DNA from: an uncultured virus (IMG/VR IMGVR_UViG_2061766007_000036) | Taxonomy: Duplodnaviria > Heunggongvirae > Uroviricota > Caudoviricetes | Direction: 5' to 3' (one strand) | Virus record (IMG/VR): IMGVR_UViG_2061766007_000036 | Length of the DNA stretch: 64,000 nt | In this document: positions 47,189-58,839 of the stretch, piece by piece | How positions within the stretch are numbered: position 1 is the stretch's first letter | Layout: each line of letters opens with the position of its first letter | Translations under genes and position numbers: made by a program | Notes under the pieces: model-generated | What the model saw: the letters and a program-made list of their open reading frames with translations, nothing else | Databases searched by the model: none | What the model was told of the DNA's origin: nothing

Positions 47189-47449
47189 CACTCTCACCTC
47201 TTTCCCCAAAGTTGCAGTAGCCATTAGGATCGGTATTCACCGTGCCGTACCAACTCCACCAGGCGCAGAAGCCACTGTCCTTATGGTGTATGCACTCCCG
47301 GCACCGTACTATGTCCACGGATTCTACACCATCAAACTCTGTCGGTTTCTTCTTCTCAAACAGAACGCAGTACGGATCAATGTTCCGCATCCGTTCCATT
47401 TTCCAACCTTCGGCTTCCAGTCTTTCGGCATCAATCAGTTTCATCGTCT

Positions 47450-47632
47450 TCACCTCACACAAATCTGATAGGCAGTCTTTCTTCCCGTGTCCGTCAGGAT
47501 GTCTTTCCCCTCAATGTACTTGTCCGGGTTGTCCTCTTGCCACATCTCCAAAAGCCGGAGACAGCGGTCTATGGTTTCGTCCGGAACGGCAAGTTTTGCG
47601 TGTATATCTACGGTCAAATCTGTTGCTTTCAT
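47450..47632 (-). CDS. Small hypothetical protein (near-identical copy at 49709-49891)
   Basis: MKAT(D/E)LTVD(I/V)HAKLAVPDETIDRC. Confidence 0.65.
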   Translation of the reverse strand: MKATDLTVDIHAKLAVPDETIDRCLRLLEMWQEDNPDKYIEGKDILTDTGRKTAYQICVR

Positions 47633-48077
47633 GCTTTATTCCTTTCTATCAGTTTCGGTATAANNNNNNNNNNAATTCTCATGTAGTCATCACACGGGAA
47701 CCCTTCCTTCTCTCTCCTCTTAAATTCTTCGTAAAGAGCCTCGTTGTCGAAGAACGACGGGTGTCCCAAAACAAATACGTCTCCAAGAAGATTCTTGTCG
47801 TGCATGCACACCTTCGTGTGGACACACGACTCGCACATCTTACTCCTCGCCATTCCTTCTTACCTCGCATCCGTAGCAGTCGAACTCTTGACACTTTTCA
47901 CACGGTGAAGAAACTCTGTTTCGCCACTTTTCAAATTCTTCCCTGCTCCCGAACAGCACGTAAATCACGTAATCTGCGCACGTTTCGACCGCTTTCCGCT
48001 CTTCTTCCGTCAAGCATTTCCGATTCGCACCGCCATAGGCATCTTCTCCATCTATCAGCAGATTTTCGAAATAATGT

Positions 48078-48590
48078 TCAAGGCAGGTCATCGTCTTTCC
48101 TTTTCTTCAGATGGTAGTAGCAGTAGTTTCCTGCATCGTATAGCACCTCAAAATTGGGATACCGTTCATCGAAAATCTCGGGAGTAAGGTCATCCTGCAA
48201 ATGAGCCTGCCATTTGTTTCCGTCAACCTCGCCCTGCTTGTACAGCCACGGCACGGCAATCACCATATCGAGACATCTTGTTTTAGCGTATTCTAAGACA
48301 TCCTGTGCATCCTTGACTTCAAGGTGCTCTATTACATCCCCAAATATGATGAGGTCGTAGTAATCGTACCGAAATCTTCTGATGTCTCTGTTGTAAACCT
48401 TCCTGTAGCCCGTCAGAGCCTTTGCGTAGGGCTCAAACACTTCCACGGCATCCATTACATATTCGGGCAGTAACTTGCGCCATTTGCCGTCACATGCGCC
48501 CACGTCGAGTATCGTGTCGCCTCTCTCTGTGCTGAACCTCTCACGAATCCACTCGCAGACTTCTTTCTTGCCAACGCTGTAGGAGCCCAT
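48078..48590 (-). CDS. Class I SAM-dependent methyltransferase (non-DNA type)
   Basis: ILDVGACDG; YDLIIFGDVIEHL. Confidence 0.8.
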   Translation of the reverse strand: MGSYSVGKKEVCEWIRERFSTERGDTILDVGACDGKWRKLLPEYVMDAVEVFEPYAKALTGYRKVYNRDIRRFRYDYYDLIIFGDVIEHLEVKDAQDVLEYAKTRCLDMVIAVPWLYKQGEVDGNKWQAHLQDDLTPEIFDERYPNFEVLYDAGNYCYYHLKKRKDDDLP

Positions 48591-49077
48591 CACTTTTCCT
48601 CCCTCATTGCCTTCTTGCACTTCGTCCAAATGCTCACGATATTTGCGAGCCACTCCATGTTGTCGATGTCCAAATCGCTCTGTATGATTCCTATCAGATT
48701 GTCTTCCAACAGGTTCTTCAGAGACTCAGCTTCTGCTTCCGTCAGAATTACTTCTTTCATCATTTTCCCTCCGCATCATGCCCTCTTCCGGGTTGCCATC
48801 TTTTATTTTCTGCCCGCAGTCGTGGCAATATCTCTGCCAATTGCTGATTCCCGCTTCGCACTTAGGACAATATTCTCTTAAATAGCCATTTACTAATTCC
48901 CATGCATACGGCAAAGGCGTATCTCTCTCCAACAGGCTATCTTCGTACTCGTACTTGAGTTTTCTGTTTTCCGCCTCGAGTTCTTCTATACGAACTTTCA
49001 GTTTGTCTACTTGTCTCTCAAGCCATTCCTCTTGATTGCAGAGACTCAACACTTCGTTGCATAAGTTCCTCAGTTCA

Positions 49078-49338
49078 TCATGCTTCATCACAGTCCTCCC
49101 AAAATCCACAGGAAGCAGTGCTTACCTTCTTGGAGTGCTGAATGTTTCCTTTGTCGCAGTGCCCCCAATCGAGTCCTTCTCCGTCTTTGGTGTAGTGCTG
49201 TACGAAGAATCTGCAAGTTCCGCAGGCGCACAGTTCCTTTGTTATCTTCTGCAAGTCCCACGCTGACATCCGATGCTCCCGCAGAAACTGCCGGACATCT
49301 GCCCTGTCCTGGTAGTAAATCCTTTCATTGTCAGTCAT
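49078..49338 (-). CDS. Cys-rich hypothetical protein (near-identical copy at 51623-51901)
   Basis: MTDNERIYYQDRA..CACGTCRFF. Confidence 0.65.
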   Translation of the reverse strand: MTDNERIYYQDRADVRQFLREHRMSAWDLQKITKELCACGTCRFFVQHYTKDGEGLDWGHCDKGNIQHSKKVSTASCGFWEDCDEA

Positions 49339-50168
49339 CGTCTTTCCTTTCTCCAAATACGCAGTAGTCACTATCTCTCGTTAGGTCATAGCCAAAACCG
49401 CCCTCGTCCACATAGTACATCAGACATAATTCTTTGCCCCTATGCTTGCAATCCTTGCAACGCACCAGTTCCCCCACAACTTCTTGCTTCACCGCTCCGG
49501 GAAAGCCTGTTTCACGCACTATGTATTCGTTCATCGCCTGGCTCGTTCTACACCTCCAGAATTTCCCACGGCTTTATATCTTCAACGAATTTGAGTTTGC
49601 CACAATACTTACACCGCATAACACCACGGCTGAAACTTCCTAACTCTAACGGTGAAACTGGAATATAACGGTGCAGACAAAACAACCGCTTAATTAGCCT
49701 CATTCAATTCACCTCACACAAATCTGATAGACAATCTTTCTTCCTGCGTCCGTCAGAAGTTCCTTCCCTTCAATATACTTGTCCGGGTTGTCCTCTTGCC
49801 ACATCTCCAACAGCCGGAGACAGCGGTCTATGGTTTCGTCCGGCACGGCAAGTTTGGCGTGTACATCTACAGTCAACTCTGTTGCTTTCATGCTTTATTC
49901 CTTTCTATCAGTTTCGGTATAAACCCTTCATGCTTCAGCCATATCTGCAAGGTATCGTCCCTGTCCGGCTGAATACTCATCACTTCGCAGTCATAAAACG
50001 GAATTAGGATTGGATGTGTCACCGTGGTCTTCACCCATGTTTCGTCCTCGCTCATAAAGCACAGGCAGACACGATAACATGACATAGGTCTGATGTCATC
50101 CCACTTCTCCCAAGTGTCCGGGAGCGGTTCGTATTCCCCCACATACAGTTGCAGCACTTCTCTTAATG

Positions 50169-50985
50169 TCATTTTTCAAACTCCCTCACATAGCACCATG
50201 ACTGTGGCGGTCTTGACAACCCAAAGTTTTCAAGGCTTTTCGGTTTGTCATACCACTTGTACTCGGAGATGTGCCATCCCCAGAGCCGTTTGCCTTTCCC
50301 GTACTTCTCCAAATCGTCCACCGTCAGACAGCACTCGCCATAGTAAGGACGGCGGTACACAGGGCTGACAGGTTCATCTGCTACAAACAATTCATTCAGA
50401 TACTCCGCATAGTCGCAGACAAACTCGCCAAAGACTGTTCCCCTCTCAATCCGTGAACCATAGCCACCTTCTGGATGCTTGACGAATATTGGCTTGCCGT
50501 GGTAGGTATCTCCGTAAATATCGTCTCCGTCACGGATAATAGTTGTCAGAGTAGGTTTNNNNNNNNNNCCTCAAGGCTTTTCGGTTTGTCATACCACTTG
50601 TACTCGGATATGTGCCATCCCCACAGCCGTTTCCCTTTGCCGTACTCGTCAAGGTCATCAACCGTCAGACAGCACTCGCCATAGTAGGGACGGCGGTATA
50701 CCGGGCTGATAGGTTCATCGGCTATGAACAGTTCATTCAGCACTTCTGCACAGTCGCAGACAAACTCTCCAAAGACTGTTCCCCTCTCAATCCGTGAACC
50801 ATAGCCACCTTCGGGATGCGTGACGAATATCGGCTTGCCATGATAGGTGTCTCCGTAAATATCGTCTCCGTCACGGATAATAGTTGTCAGAGTAGGTTTN
50901 NNNNNNNNNTTCTACGGTCTTGATTCCCTTATCTATCAACTGCGCCCATGTTGGACGAATACTTATCATTACTGCGTACATATCA
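50169..50985 (-). CDS. ASCH/PUA-like protein, fragmented and duplicated across N gaps
   Basis: MISIRPTWAQLIDKGIKTVE start at 50911-50985; LWGWHISE..RPPQSWCYV end. Confidence 0.6.
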
Positions 50986-50998
50986 TGTGTTCTCCTTC

Positions 50999-51424
50999 CT
51001 AAAGCCATATACAAACCATGCTCGGAAACGGGGCAGATCCTTTTCCGTCCCCAAACTTTAACCTGCCTTTAACAAAAACAATCAAAGCCTTGTTATAGAC
51101 GTAATCGTGGAACCACTTCGTGTCCGTCCTTGCAGGAAGAAGTGCTACAACCTTCGTTCTGGGCTTCTGTGCTTCTTCGTAACACTTTTTTACCCACTTG
51201 CCTATCTCCCTGCCATACGGGGGGTTACACCACACCGACTCCCCCCCCCAATCACGTTGTAGTCCGTCCTGCTCCTTCGTGTAATACCGATCACATTTAT
51301 GGTTCTGATCGTCAGCGCAAGGGTCTAATGTAAAGTGAAACGAATCATCCCATTCATCGAAAACCCATTGTGGAGTTGCCCATTCATCGGTGTTTGAGGA
51401 AAACAGACCTTTTGTTACCATCAT
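50999..51424 (-). CDS. Phage DNA N6-adenine methyltransferase
   Basis: DEWATP, FTLDPCA, VWCNPPY, LLPARTDTKWFH, GRLKF. Confidence 0.9.
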   Translation of the reverse strand: MMVTKGLFSSNTDEWATPQWVFDEWDDSFHFTLDPCADDQNHKCDRYYTKEQDGLQRDWGGESVWCNPPYGREIGKWVKKCYEEAQKPRTKVVALLPARTDTKWFHDYVYNKALIVFVKGRLKFGDGKGSAPFPSMVCIWL

Positions 51425-52450
51425 TCCACCCTCTCCCAATTAATTTTCTGCCCACAATACGGACAGCATACCCAGGTTTTATATATTCTTCTCAAACAAT
51501 CAGGATTCCCACAGTAGTATACCGAAAATATGTTCTTCCCGCCATAGCTTATCTTGTATGGGTACTGGGCATAGTAGTTGTTGTCACCACGTTGTCCGTT
51601 ATTGTCAACCGAAACAAGTCCGTTATACTTCGGAAGTATCATCCTCTTCTACCCCATCTTCCCAAAATCCACAGCTTGCCGTGCTTACCTTCTTGGAGTG
51701 CTGAATGTTGCCCTTATCGCAATGCCCCCAGTCAAGTCCCTGTCCGTCCTTGGTGTAGTGTTGCACGAAGAATCTGCAAGTACCGCAAGCACACAGTTCC
51801 TTGGTTATCTTCTGCAAGTCCCACGCAGACATCCGATGCTCCCGGAGAAACTGCCGGACTTCTGCACGATCCTGATAGTATATCCTTTCGTTGTCTGTCA
51901 TCTGCCCATCTCCCCCTATTCTAATTTTACTGTCAGATCGTATTCTGTCTGCAAGGCTCTTTTAACATCCGTGTATTTCAGATAGCCCTTGCTGATGCTG
52001 TCTATCTGATAGACAAACTCATCTCGCAACTGCATAATGTCATCATCGCTTTCTTCGTGCTTATCCTTCAAAACATACAAAACGATATTCAAAGCAAACT
52101 CCGTGCCAAACAGCATCCCGTTTTGATGGGCCTTTTCTACATCAGCCTGGGATCGTGGCACGTTCCTGGGATTCTTCTTCGCCATCAGCCATACACCCCA
52201 TAGTAGCATGACTCCTTCCTCGGTTTCTCCTCAATAAACTCCGGGCAAAGAATGACTTCATATGATGTCTTTGGATTCCCATCGTACATTATGATCCGTT
52301 TTTCTGCCCACCATTCAGGAACCGGTGTAAATGCCTTGCTCCAGCTGCATCCCCTCGTTCCTTCTATGTTTGGTACGGCGTTTTCACACCGCCAACATAG
52401 CGTTCCACGAAAATTTTCGTTCTCCATTTGTTATCTCCCTTCTTTTGATT

Positions 52451-52665
52451 GTTCACACTGGTTCACGCACTGCCACAAAAACTGTGAACGCTTGAAACCC
52501 CTTATTTTGCTCACTTTTTTGGGGTCTGTTCACACTGTTCACACTGTTCACAGTATTTTTTTACTCTACACGCAAGAAGAAATATATAAATATATCTCGC
52601 TATATATATGTCTCTCTATATAGAGGGTGTCCAAAAAAGTGTGAACACTGTGAACACTGTGAACA
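52451..52665. promoter_or_regulatory. Probable replication origin: inverted 9-bp iteron arrays around an AT-rich core
   Basis: (tgttcaca[c/g])x3 at 52527-52553 and ([g/c]tgtgaaca)x3 at 52639-52665; directly downstream of the helicase gene. Confidence 0.7.
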
Positions 52666-52699
52666 TTATGTAGAAAATGAGTATAAATTATGTAGAATA

Positions 52700-54553
52700 T
52701 TAGTATGGAAGGTCTTCATCGTTCACACTTTCGTCTGTGAACACATCGCCGTTCCAATCTTCCTGGATACAGACAGTATTGAGAACGCTGCCAGAGATTC
52801 TTGCCCGTTTTGTCCGTCTTCCCTCGTTGGCATCAAGTATTCCCTGTCTGCTTGCCCAAGCCAAGAACGCTGCGGAGTTAAATCCGGCATACCCCATTTC
52901 ACGATCAAAAACAGACTTAACGAAGTAGACATACCCGCCGTCCTTTTTCCCCCACACCTCGGTCTTGTACTCTCCGAAATCGTTGGTGGAAAAGTGACCG
53001 GGATTCCGTGCTACCAGTTCGTACAAATAGTCCAAAGCACGGCGGTTCACGTTGACATCGTCTCGTTTTGTCATGATGGATGCCATTTCTGCAACTGTCA
53101 AAGCGTTGTCATCATGGAAGAACAGTTCTGTAGCAATCGCATCGGCAGCGAGGATAGCACTCGCAGAAGCCGCCTGTTTGTCCGTAGAATCGCTTTTTAG
53201 CAGTTCCCTATAGAACCCCTTCTGAATATCATTAACACGCTCAAAGGCCCCTTCTGATTGCAGATAGGCCACAAATTCTCTCCCGGCGAAACCGTAGTTC
53301 TCATTGATGACGGAGCAAAGCCAAACAAGATCCGAATACACTTTATCGGCACATTCAAACTCTATCACCCTATTGACAGCACCACCGCCGGAGTTTGCTG
53401 TGCTGATGGGATGTTCGCCGTTGGTTATGATACAGTTCTTCCATGTATTCTGTCGCTGAAGACCGCCGGACTTTGCACCTCTGGTTCGTCCAACTCCTTC
53501 TGTAAGCTGATATATGGTCTTGTCAAAGTCTTTGATTCCGGCAGAGGATTGTATCTGCAATTCGTCAAGACACATTGGCAAACTGTTCAGGAAACTGGCG
53601 GTCATCTCCTGCCCGACAGAGGTGCTGTTGAAGGTGCTGACATATTCGCCAATCTTCGGCGAAGCCCAAACGGAAGCTGCCACCAAAAGTCCTACAGTCT
53701 TGCCTGTTTCAGTACCGCCCCATGCGTGAAGAAAGAAGGGAAGCAATCCGCACGGCTCAAGGATTACCGAAGCAAAGGATGCCGCCAGGAACAGCCGTCC
53801 CGGAGATCGCTCTGCACGGAGTTTCAGCATGGCATCAATCCACTTCTGTCTGTCTCCGTTGGAGTGAACGGAATTGAAAATGTGCTTGAAATTCGTTTCT
53901 CCATCAAAGATGAGGTCTTCAAAGTATGGGCTGAATCCGTGGGATACCACCCATCCAAGCCGTCCAACAGACTTCTGTTCCGGGATCGTGGAGTAGTTCA
54001 GTTCTTCCATATCCAGGATGTATGTTGACAGGGCCTTGGCATTGTCGGAATTGACCATAATGCCGTAGGCAGCCAACTGTAAAATCTGACTACTGGAAGC
54101 AATAACGGCCTTTTCTGCGATGATGCTTCTCCACACTCTACCCTTTTTGTAGGCCAATTCCAACCTCTCTTCCCCACTATCAATGTTGATTAGGCGGCGA
54201 ACAGGAAGAATAGCGTGTCGGCAGATGATCTGTGGATAACCGAATTTGTCAATGATGGAAACACCGTTCTCGTTGCAAATGTATTCGCCGGACAGGAGTT
54301 CCAACGGCTGATTCTCAAACTCTGTGCTTTTGCCGACCACTTCACCATGACGGTTCTTCATTGATTCGCAATAGGCATTGAACAAGGCCACGAAGCATCG
54401 CACACCAACAGATCCGGCCTGTGCTTTCATCTGCTGCGTAAGCTGTTTCATTAGGAATTTGTCTTCCTTATGCGAGTATAACCACTCATACGGAGCGGAA
54501 GACTGATAGTAGTCCTCTGCGCTATACTGTGGGATCATCAGTTCTGTTCCCAT
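52700..54553 (-). CDS. DUF927-type replicative helicase
   Basis: GRLGW, GGTETGKT Walker A, SVWASP, LDELQ, GRTRG, ITNGE, NYGFAG. Confidence 0.85.
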   Translation of the reverse strand: MGTELMIPQYSAEDYYQSSAPYEWLYSHKEDKFLMKQLTQQMKAQAGSVGVRCFVALFNAYCESMKNRHGEVVGKSTEFENQPLELLSGEYICNENGVSIIDKFGYPQIICRHAILPVRRLINIDSGEERLELAYKKGRVWRSIIAEKAVIASSSQILQLAAYGIMVNSDNAKALSTYILDMEELNYSTIPEQKSVGRLGWVVSHGFSPYFEDLIFDGETNFKHIFNSVHSNGDRQKWIDAMLKLRAERSPGRLFLAASFASVILEPCGLLPFFLHAWGGTETGKTVGLLVAASVWASPKIGEYVSTFNSTSVGQEMTASFLNSLPMCLDELQIQSSAGIKDFDKTIYQLTEGVGRTRGAKSGGLQRQNTWKNCIITNGEHPISTANSGGGAVNRVIEFECADKVYSDLVWLCSVINENYGFAGREFVAYLQSEGAFERVNDIQKGFYRELLKSDSTDKQAASASAILAADAIATELFFHDDNALTVAEMASIMTKRDDVNVNRRALDYLYELVARNPGHFSTNDFGEYKTEVWGKKDGGYVYFVKSVFDREMGYAGFNSAAFLAWASRQGILDANEGRRTKRARISGSVLNTVCIQEDWNGDVFTDESVNDEDLPY

Positions 54554-54708
54554 TGACTCTCCCCTTTTCGGTTAATTGAAAACCCCACTCGCTCCGGGGG
54601 CAAGTCCGAAGCAAGCGGGGGAATGCGATGATAGTATTGAGTTTACCGCTGATAGCACCTTGCCCAACACTATCAACGAATCCATTATAAGTGAGCATTA
54701 TGCAAAAA

Positions 54709-54933
54709 TCAAGTGGCATCGTCTTTCCTTTCTCCCCACCCACAAAAATGAGTTGCTATATCTTCGCTCCACATTGTAAGAGTTTTAGGAGCAGACAACT
54801 GACATAATCCCATCAGCGGCTCGTTTGTAACTATAAGCAAATGTTTGCAATCCTTACACCGCACCAGTTCTCCCACGATCTCTTGCTTTGTGGCTAAACC
54901 GCAGTCTGTTTCTCGCACGATATATTCACTCAT
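54709..54933 (-). CDS. Small modular phage protein
   Basis: Same N-module as 523-747 with a different C-module. Confidence 0.7.
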   Translation of the reverse strand: MSEYIVRETDCGLATKQEIVGELVRCKDCKHLLIVTNEPLMGLCQLSAPKTLTMWSEDIATHFCGWGERKDDAT

Positions 54934-55445
54934 CGTCTTTTCCTCATCCTACATACCGAAAGTGAACAACGCACAGCGGTGTCCATTTGTATCCGTTCAT
55001 GTAAACCCTGTCATACAGGAGCATTCCTGTGGCTTTATGACACCACTTGCCAAAATTAAGGATTATCATCGTCTTTCCTTTCTCCGTCCATCCTGTTTGC
55101 TTGATAAACCTTTTCCATTGCTTCTAGCATTTCGCACAGCACAACATACTTGGCCTTGATGTCTATCAGTTCATCGTAGATTCGTCTTTTAATCTTGACA
55201 TATTCGCTCATCGTCTGCCTCCCGTTTCAGCCAGTCAAGCCAACCGGCGTTAGGCTCACAGTGTGCGTCGCCAATATAGCCCAACCATTCTGCCAGCTTC
55301 TCGTCACTCATAGCACGAATGCGGTCGGCGATGGATGGCTTTTCATATTCGCAAGGCCCTAGTACACACCATGAAGCCACTTCCTCATCCGAAAACTTTT
55401 TGCAATGTCCGTCCTCTGTGCAGTAGATGCACGGATAAAGTACGC

Positions 55446-55748
55446 TCATCTCTCTCCCTCCTCTGCCGGGATGACAACGAGGTCATCCGTTATGCGCTTG
55501 TATCCGTCAACGAGTTCCGGGCAAGTGGCAAAGAAATCATCCCTGTCAATCCAATCCCCATGCGGTGGGACGGGGACGAGAGGACAATTCTCATCCCTTT
55601 TTTCGTTATCGCCAACATAAAGATCGCAATCATACCAACCATCTTTTTGCTTTTTCCCTCTTGCAAAACAGTATCCACACTCATAATCAAGAAAAGGACA
55701 CTTTTTGCAACAATCCGGCATCTCCATGCCCTTGATTAAGATGCTCAT
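55446..55748 (-). CDS. Modular Cys-rich protein
   Basis: MSILIKGMEMP.CC..CP..CPLVPVPPHG..IDRD. Confidence 0.7.
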   Translation of the reverse strand: MSILIKGMEMPDCCKKCPFLDYECGYCFARGKKQKDGWYDCDLYVGDNEKRDENCPLVPVPPHGDWIDRDDFFATCPELVDGYKRITDDLVVIPAEEGER

Positions 55749-55754
55749 TGTATC

Positions 55755-56162
55755 TCATTCCTCCTTCGGCGGTTCTGGCAGAGGCATCCAAGCCACGATT
55801 CCGTCCATATCTCCGTTCTCCGCAAAACAGCACCCATAATCCGGGTCGTTCTCAAACCTGTCTATCCATCTGCCTCCGTATCTTCCGCAGACAAGTACTT
55901 CCTGTCCGTCATCGGGTAGTTGCGAGGTGTAAATCAGAGCCTCGTCATACTCAATGTCATACCCCAGTTTTTCGCTCCACTCTTTCCGCTCTTCTTCGTC
56001 CATCGGCCTTGCCGTCACGGGAATCCAGCGGGGCTTGCTCAGTTCCTCAATTGCATCGGCGGCTTCGTGCATAGCCTGTTGGCAAGCAAAAGCGAAATCC
56101 CACGCATCGCCAAATTCTTCCGGGTGTAGTTCCCTCAGCCGCTTTACCAGTTCGTCATACAT
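55755..56162 (-). CDS. DUF551-like modular protein
   Basis: MYDELVKRLRE..AADAIEEL..WIPVT..AWMPLPEP. Confidence 0.7.
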   Translation of the reverse strand: MYDELVKRLRELHPEEFGDAWDFAFACQQAMHEAADAIEELSKPRWIPVTARPMDEEERKEWSEKLGYDIEYDEALIYTSQLPDDGQEVLVCGRYGGRWIDRFENDPDYGCCFAENGDMDGIVAWMPLPEPPKEE

Positions 56163-56839
56163 CGTCTTTCCTTTCTCCTTCCGAACAGTATCCGTTACCG
56201 TCAAAGATTGGAATGTTAAGGCCGCACACGGTGTTTGGCTTTCCGGGGTGCAGATTGTGCTTGCAGTCCTTACACCGCACCACAGGAACAGCATCTATGG
56301 TTGGTGCAGTAACGGTTGCGTGACACTTTTCACCGTCAAGTTTTATTTCGATTTTGCACGGTGCTTCAATATCAATCAGTCTCATCGTCTCGCCTTTCTC
56401 CGCTCTTACAAAACCAATCGTTATGAACCCATCCACCAACGANNNNNNNNNNTCCCTGTGTGCAGTACAGATACACCTTGAAGGGGCAACTCGTCTTGTG
56501 ATAGTCCGGGAAGGTCTTCCGCACCTCTACCGTCTTGATTCCCTTGTCAATCAACTGCGCCCACGTTGGACGAATACTCATCATTACTGCGTACATCATT
56601 CCATCCTCTCCATCAGTTTCGGAAGCCCCTTCTTGACAATCTCTTTGACCGCACGGTCTACCACACGGTCGATGATTTCGTCCTTCCTACTGTACACGAG
56701 TTCCTTGACGGCATCCCGAATCACGTAGTCCGTGTCTGTGTATTTGTAATTCATCTGCCGATTCAGAACGCTGTTCAGAATCTCTCCGACCTTATCCGTT
56801 ATCACCTTATCGTCTACTTCAATCACGTACTGACTCATT

Positions 56840-57922
56840 TCACCACATCCTCATCTGCGCAGACTCCGCTTCCAAGCGCTCCTGCGCCATTTTTATGTAC
56901 TTCTCACTAAGGTCTATGCCAATGTAGTTCCTGCTGTATTCCATCGCCACAACGCCCGTAGTGCCTGTTCCGTTGAACGGGTCTAATACCGTTCCTCCCT
57001 CGGGGCATCCTGCGAGGATGCATGGCTCTATCAACTTCGGGTTGTAGGTGGCGTAGTGGGCTCCGTCTCCGTCGCTGTAGCCTCCGCTTGCCGTCACGCT
57101 CCATACATCACGCTTGTTTCTCTTCCCGTTGGCTCCATACACACGGGCTCCCGGAGAGAACCGTTGCCCCCCTGCGTAATCCGCTTGGTATCCCTCTGCG
57201 TGCTTGTCTCTTACAGTCGGTTCTGTGAACGCATCCTCAGCAATCGCATCGCTGTCGAAGAAATACTTTGGGGATTTAGTAAGAAGGAAGATGTACTCGT
57301 GAGACCTTGTACACCTGTCCTTTACACTTTCGGGCATCGGGTTCGGTTTCGCCCAAATCACGTCCTGCCTCAGATACCATCCGTCTGCTCTCAGCGCAAA
57401 GGCGAGCATCCACGGAATCCCGATGATGTCCTTGTTCTTGTATCCACCGCTGTTGCCCACAAGTTTCGGTAGTGACGTGAGGTTGATAGTCCCCTTGCTT
57501 CCCTTCTGAACCTCGCTCTTTTCAGTGAAGACATCGGTGAAGTCGAACCCTCTCGAACCCGAGCCCCAATAGGAGTCTCCAATGTTCACCCAAAGCGTTC
57601 CATCCTTCGTCAGCACTCTCTTGACTTCGTGGAAAACGTCAACGAGCCGTTGAATATACTCCTCGGGAGTCTCTTCGAGACCGATTTGGTCATCCACTCT
57701 CACTGCTCCGCAGAGCGGACACTCGGATTTGTAGATAGCGTCACCGACAGGGTTCCCTGCATCGACCATATTCTTATGTCCTGTGGCGGTAGCATCGCTT
57801 CTCTTGCTCACCCTGTAATGAGGACAGTCGGGGTCTCCGCCTTCCCAATGACCTGTGCCGTAATCACGCAGTGCGTAGTACGGCGGGGATGTTACACAGC
57901 AGTTCACAGACTCGTCGGGCAT
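56840..57922 (-). CDS. Site-specific DNA methyltransferase (N4C/N6A, beta class); start may lie ~15 codons upstream
   Basis: TSPPY before DPFNGTGTT; GWYLRQDVIWAKPNPMPESVKDR. Confidence 0.9.
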   Translation of the reverse strand: MPDESVNCCVTSPPYYALRDYGTGHWEGGDPDCPHYRVSKRSDATATGHKNMVDAGNPVGDAIYKSECPLCGAVRVDDQIGLEETPEEYIQRLVDVFHEVKRVLTKDGTLWVNIGDSYWGSGSRGFDFTDVFTEKSEVQKGSKGTINLTSLPKLVGNSGGYKNKDIIGIPWMLAFALRADGWYLRQDVIWAKPNPMPESVKDRCTRSHEYIFLLTKSPKYFFDSDAIAEDAFTEPTVRDKHAEGYQADYAGGQRFSPGARVYGANGKRNKRDVWSVTASGGYSDGDGAHYATYNPKLIEPCILAGCPEGGTVLDPFNGTGTTGVVAMEYSRNYIGIDLSEKYIKMAQERLEAESAQMRMW

Positions 57923-58227
57923 CCCCCTAAGAACGTCTACCGCATTTCCGAGTTTCAGTTCAAACAGTGGCTTCCCCCTCTTTCATCCGAGCGAAGTAAG
58001 CGTGAACCTTATGACAGGCATCCGCCGCAATCCATTCGAAGTCATCCCCGTCGTCGAGGTACTTCTGAAAAATGTAGTCCAACTCATTCCCCGAGTCGGT
58101 GTTCCAACGTCCGTCGTTGTACGTGAACGCTTCCACTTGGTTCACATGGGGAGCCCAATCGAAGAACACCTGCACCCCATAGAGGTTCTGAGCCTCGAGG
58201 CAACTCTCAAATATCTTCTTCAGTGCT

Positions 58228-58839
58228 TCATCTCTCGTCATTTTTCTGTCTCCTCTCAAATTCCGCTTCGTCATATACCATCGTTCCAACGTGCCCCAAC
58301 TTCACCGAGGTGTCGCACCATATCCTCGTCCCCTGCGCCTTGGCTCTGATGCAGAACGCAATGTCCTCGCTCCTCGATGCAGGGTTGAACGGGTCTCCGA
58401 ACTCCTTCTTCACAGCCTTCAGAACATCGACGTTAATCATGCACGCCGCCATTCCGCATGCATCCACCTCAATCAGACTGTCCTTCGGATAGTCCATGAA
58501 GTTGTGCAGTTTCTTGTCATCTCCGAATCTGAATATCGCAGGCACAATCGGCTCCGCTCGTGTGAAGCACAGTCCCGTGACGATATCGCATCCTTCGTCC
58601 ATCCTCTTTGACAGTCTCTGAAACAGGTCTTCACTGAACTGCATGTCCGAATCCAAGAACAGGAGCCTGTCGCATCCCGACTCAATGGCGTGGTCTGCCA
58701 TTCTGTTCCGAGCCCAATGAATCAGCGTGTTGGACTCGAGATAGAAGTTCACCGTGCCCGCCATCTTCAAGTGGAGAATCGAAGCCATGAACTCCGTCTT
58801 CACGCTCCCCATCGTGGGGATACACACCGCTGTCTTCAT
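58228..58839 (-). CDS. GT-A fold (family 2-like) glycosyltransferase
   Basis: ARN..A, LFLDSD (DxD), VDACGM, SEDIAFC, LGHVG. Confidence 0.8.
   Translation of the reverse strand: MKTAVCIPTMGSVKTEFMASILHLKMAGTVNFYLESNTLIHWARNRMADHAIESGCDRLLFLDSDMQFSEDLFQRLSKRMDEGCDIVTGLCFTRAEPIVPAIFRFGDDKKLHNFMDYPKDSLIEVDACGMAACMINVDVLKAVKKEFGDPFNPASRSEDIAFCIRAKAQGTRIWCDTSVKLGHVGTMVYDEAEFERRQKNDER

Larger units (their letters stand above)
10770..56442. mobile_element. Phage B: near-complete, circularly permuted siphovirus
   Basis: terS/terL, portal, capsid, tail, lysis and replication genes each present once; both ends lie in modular-gene arrays. Confidence 0.75.

Noticed and set aside
50230..50899. True tandem gene duplication
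   Set aside because: The copies are separated and ended by 10-N gaps; more likely strain variants joined by the scaffolder.
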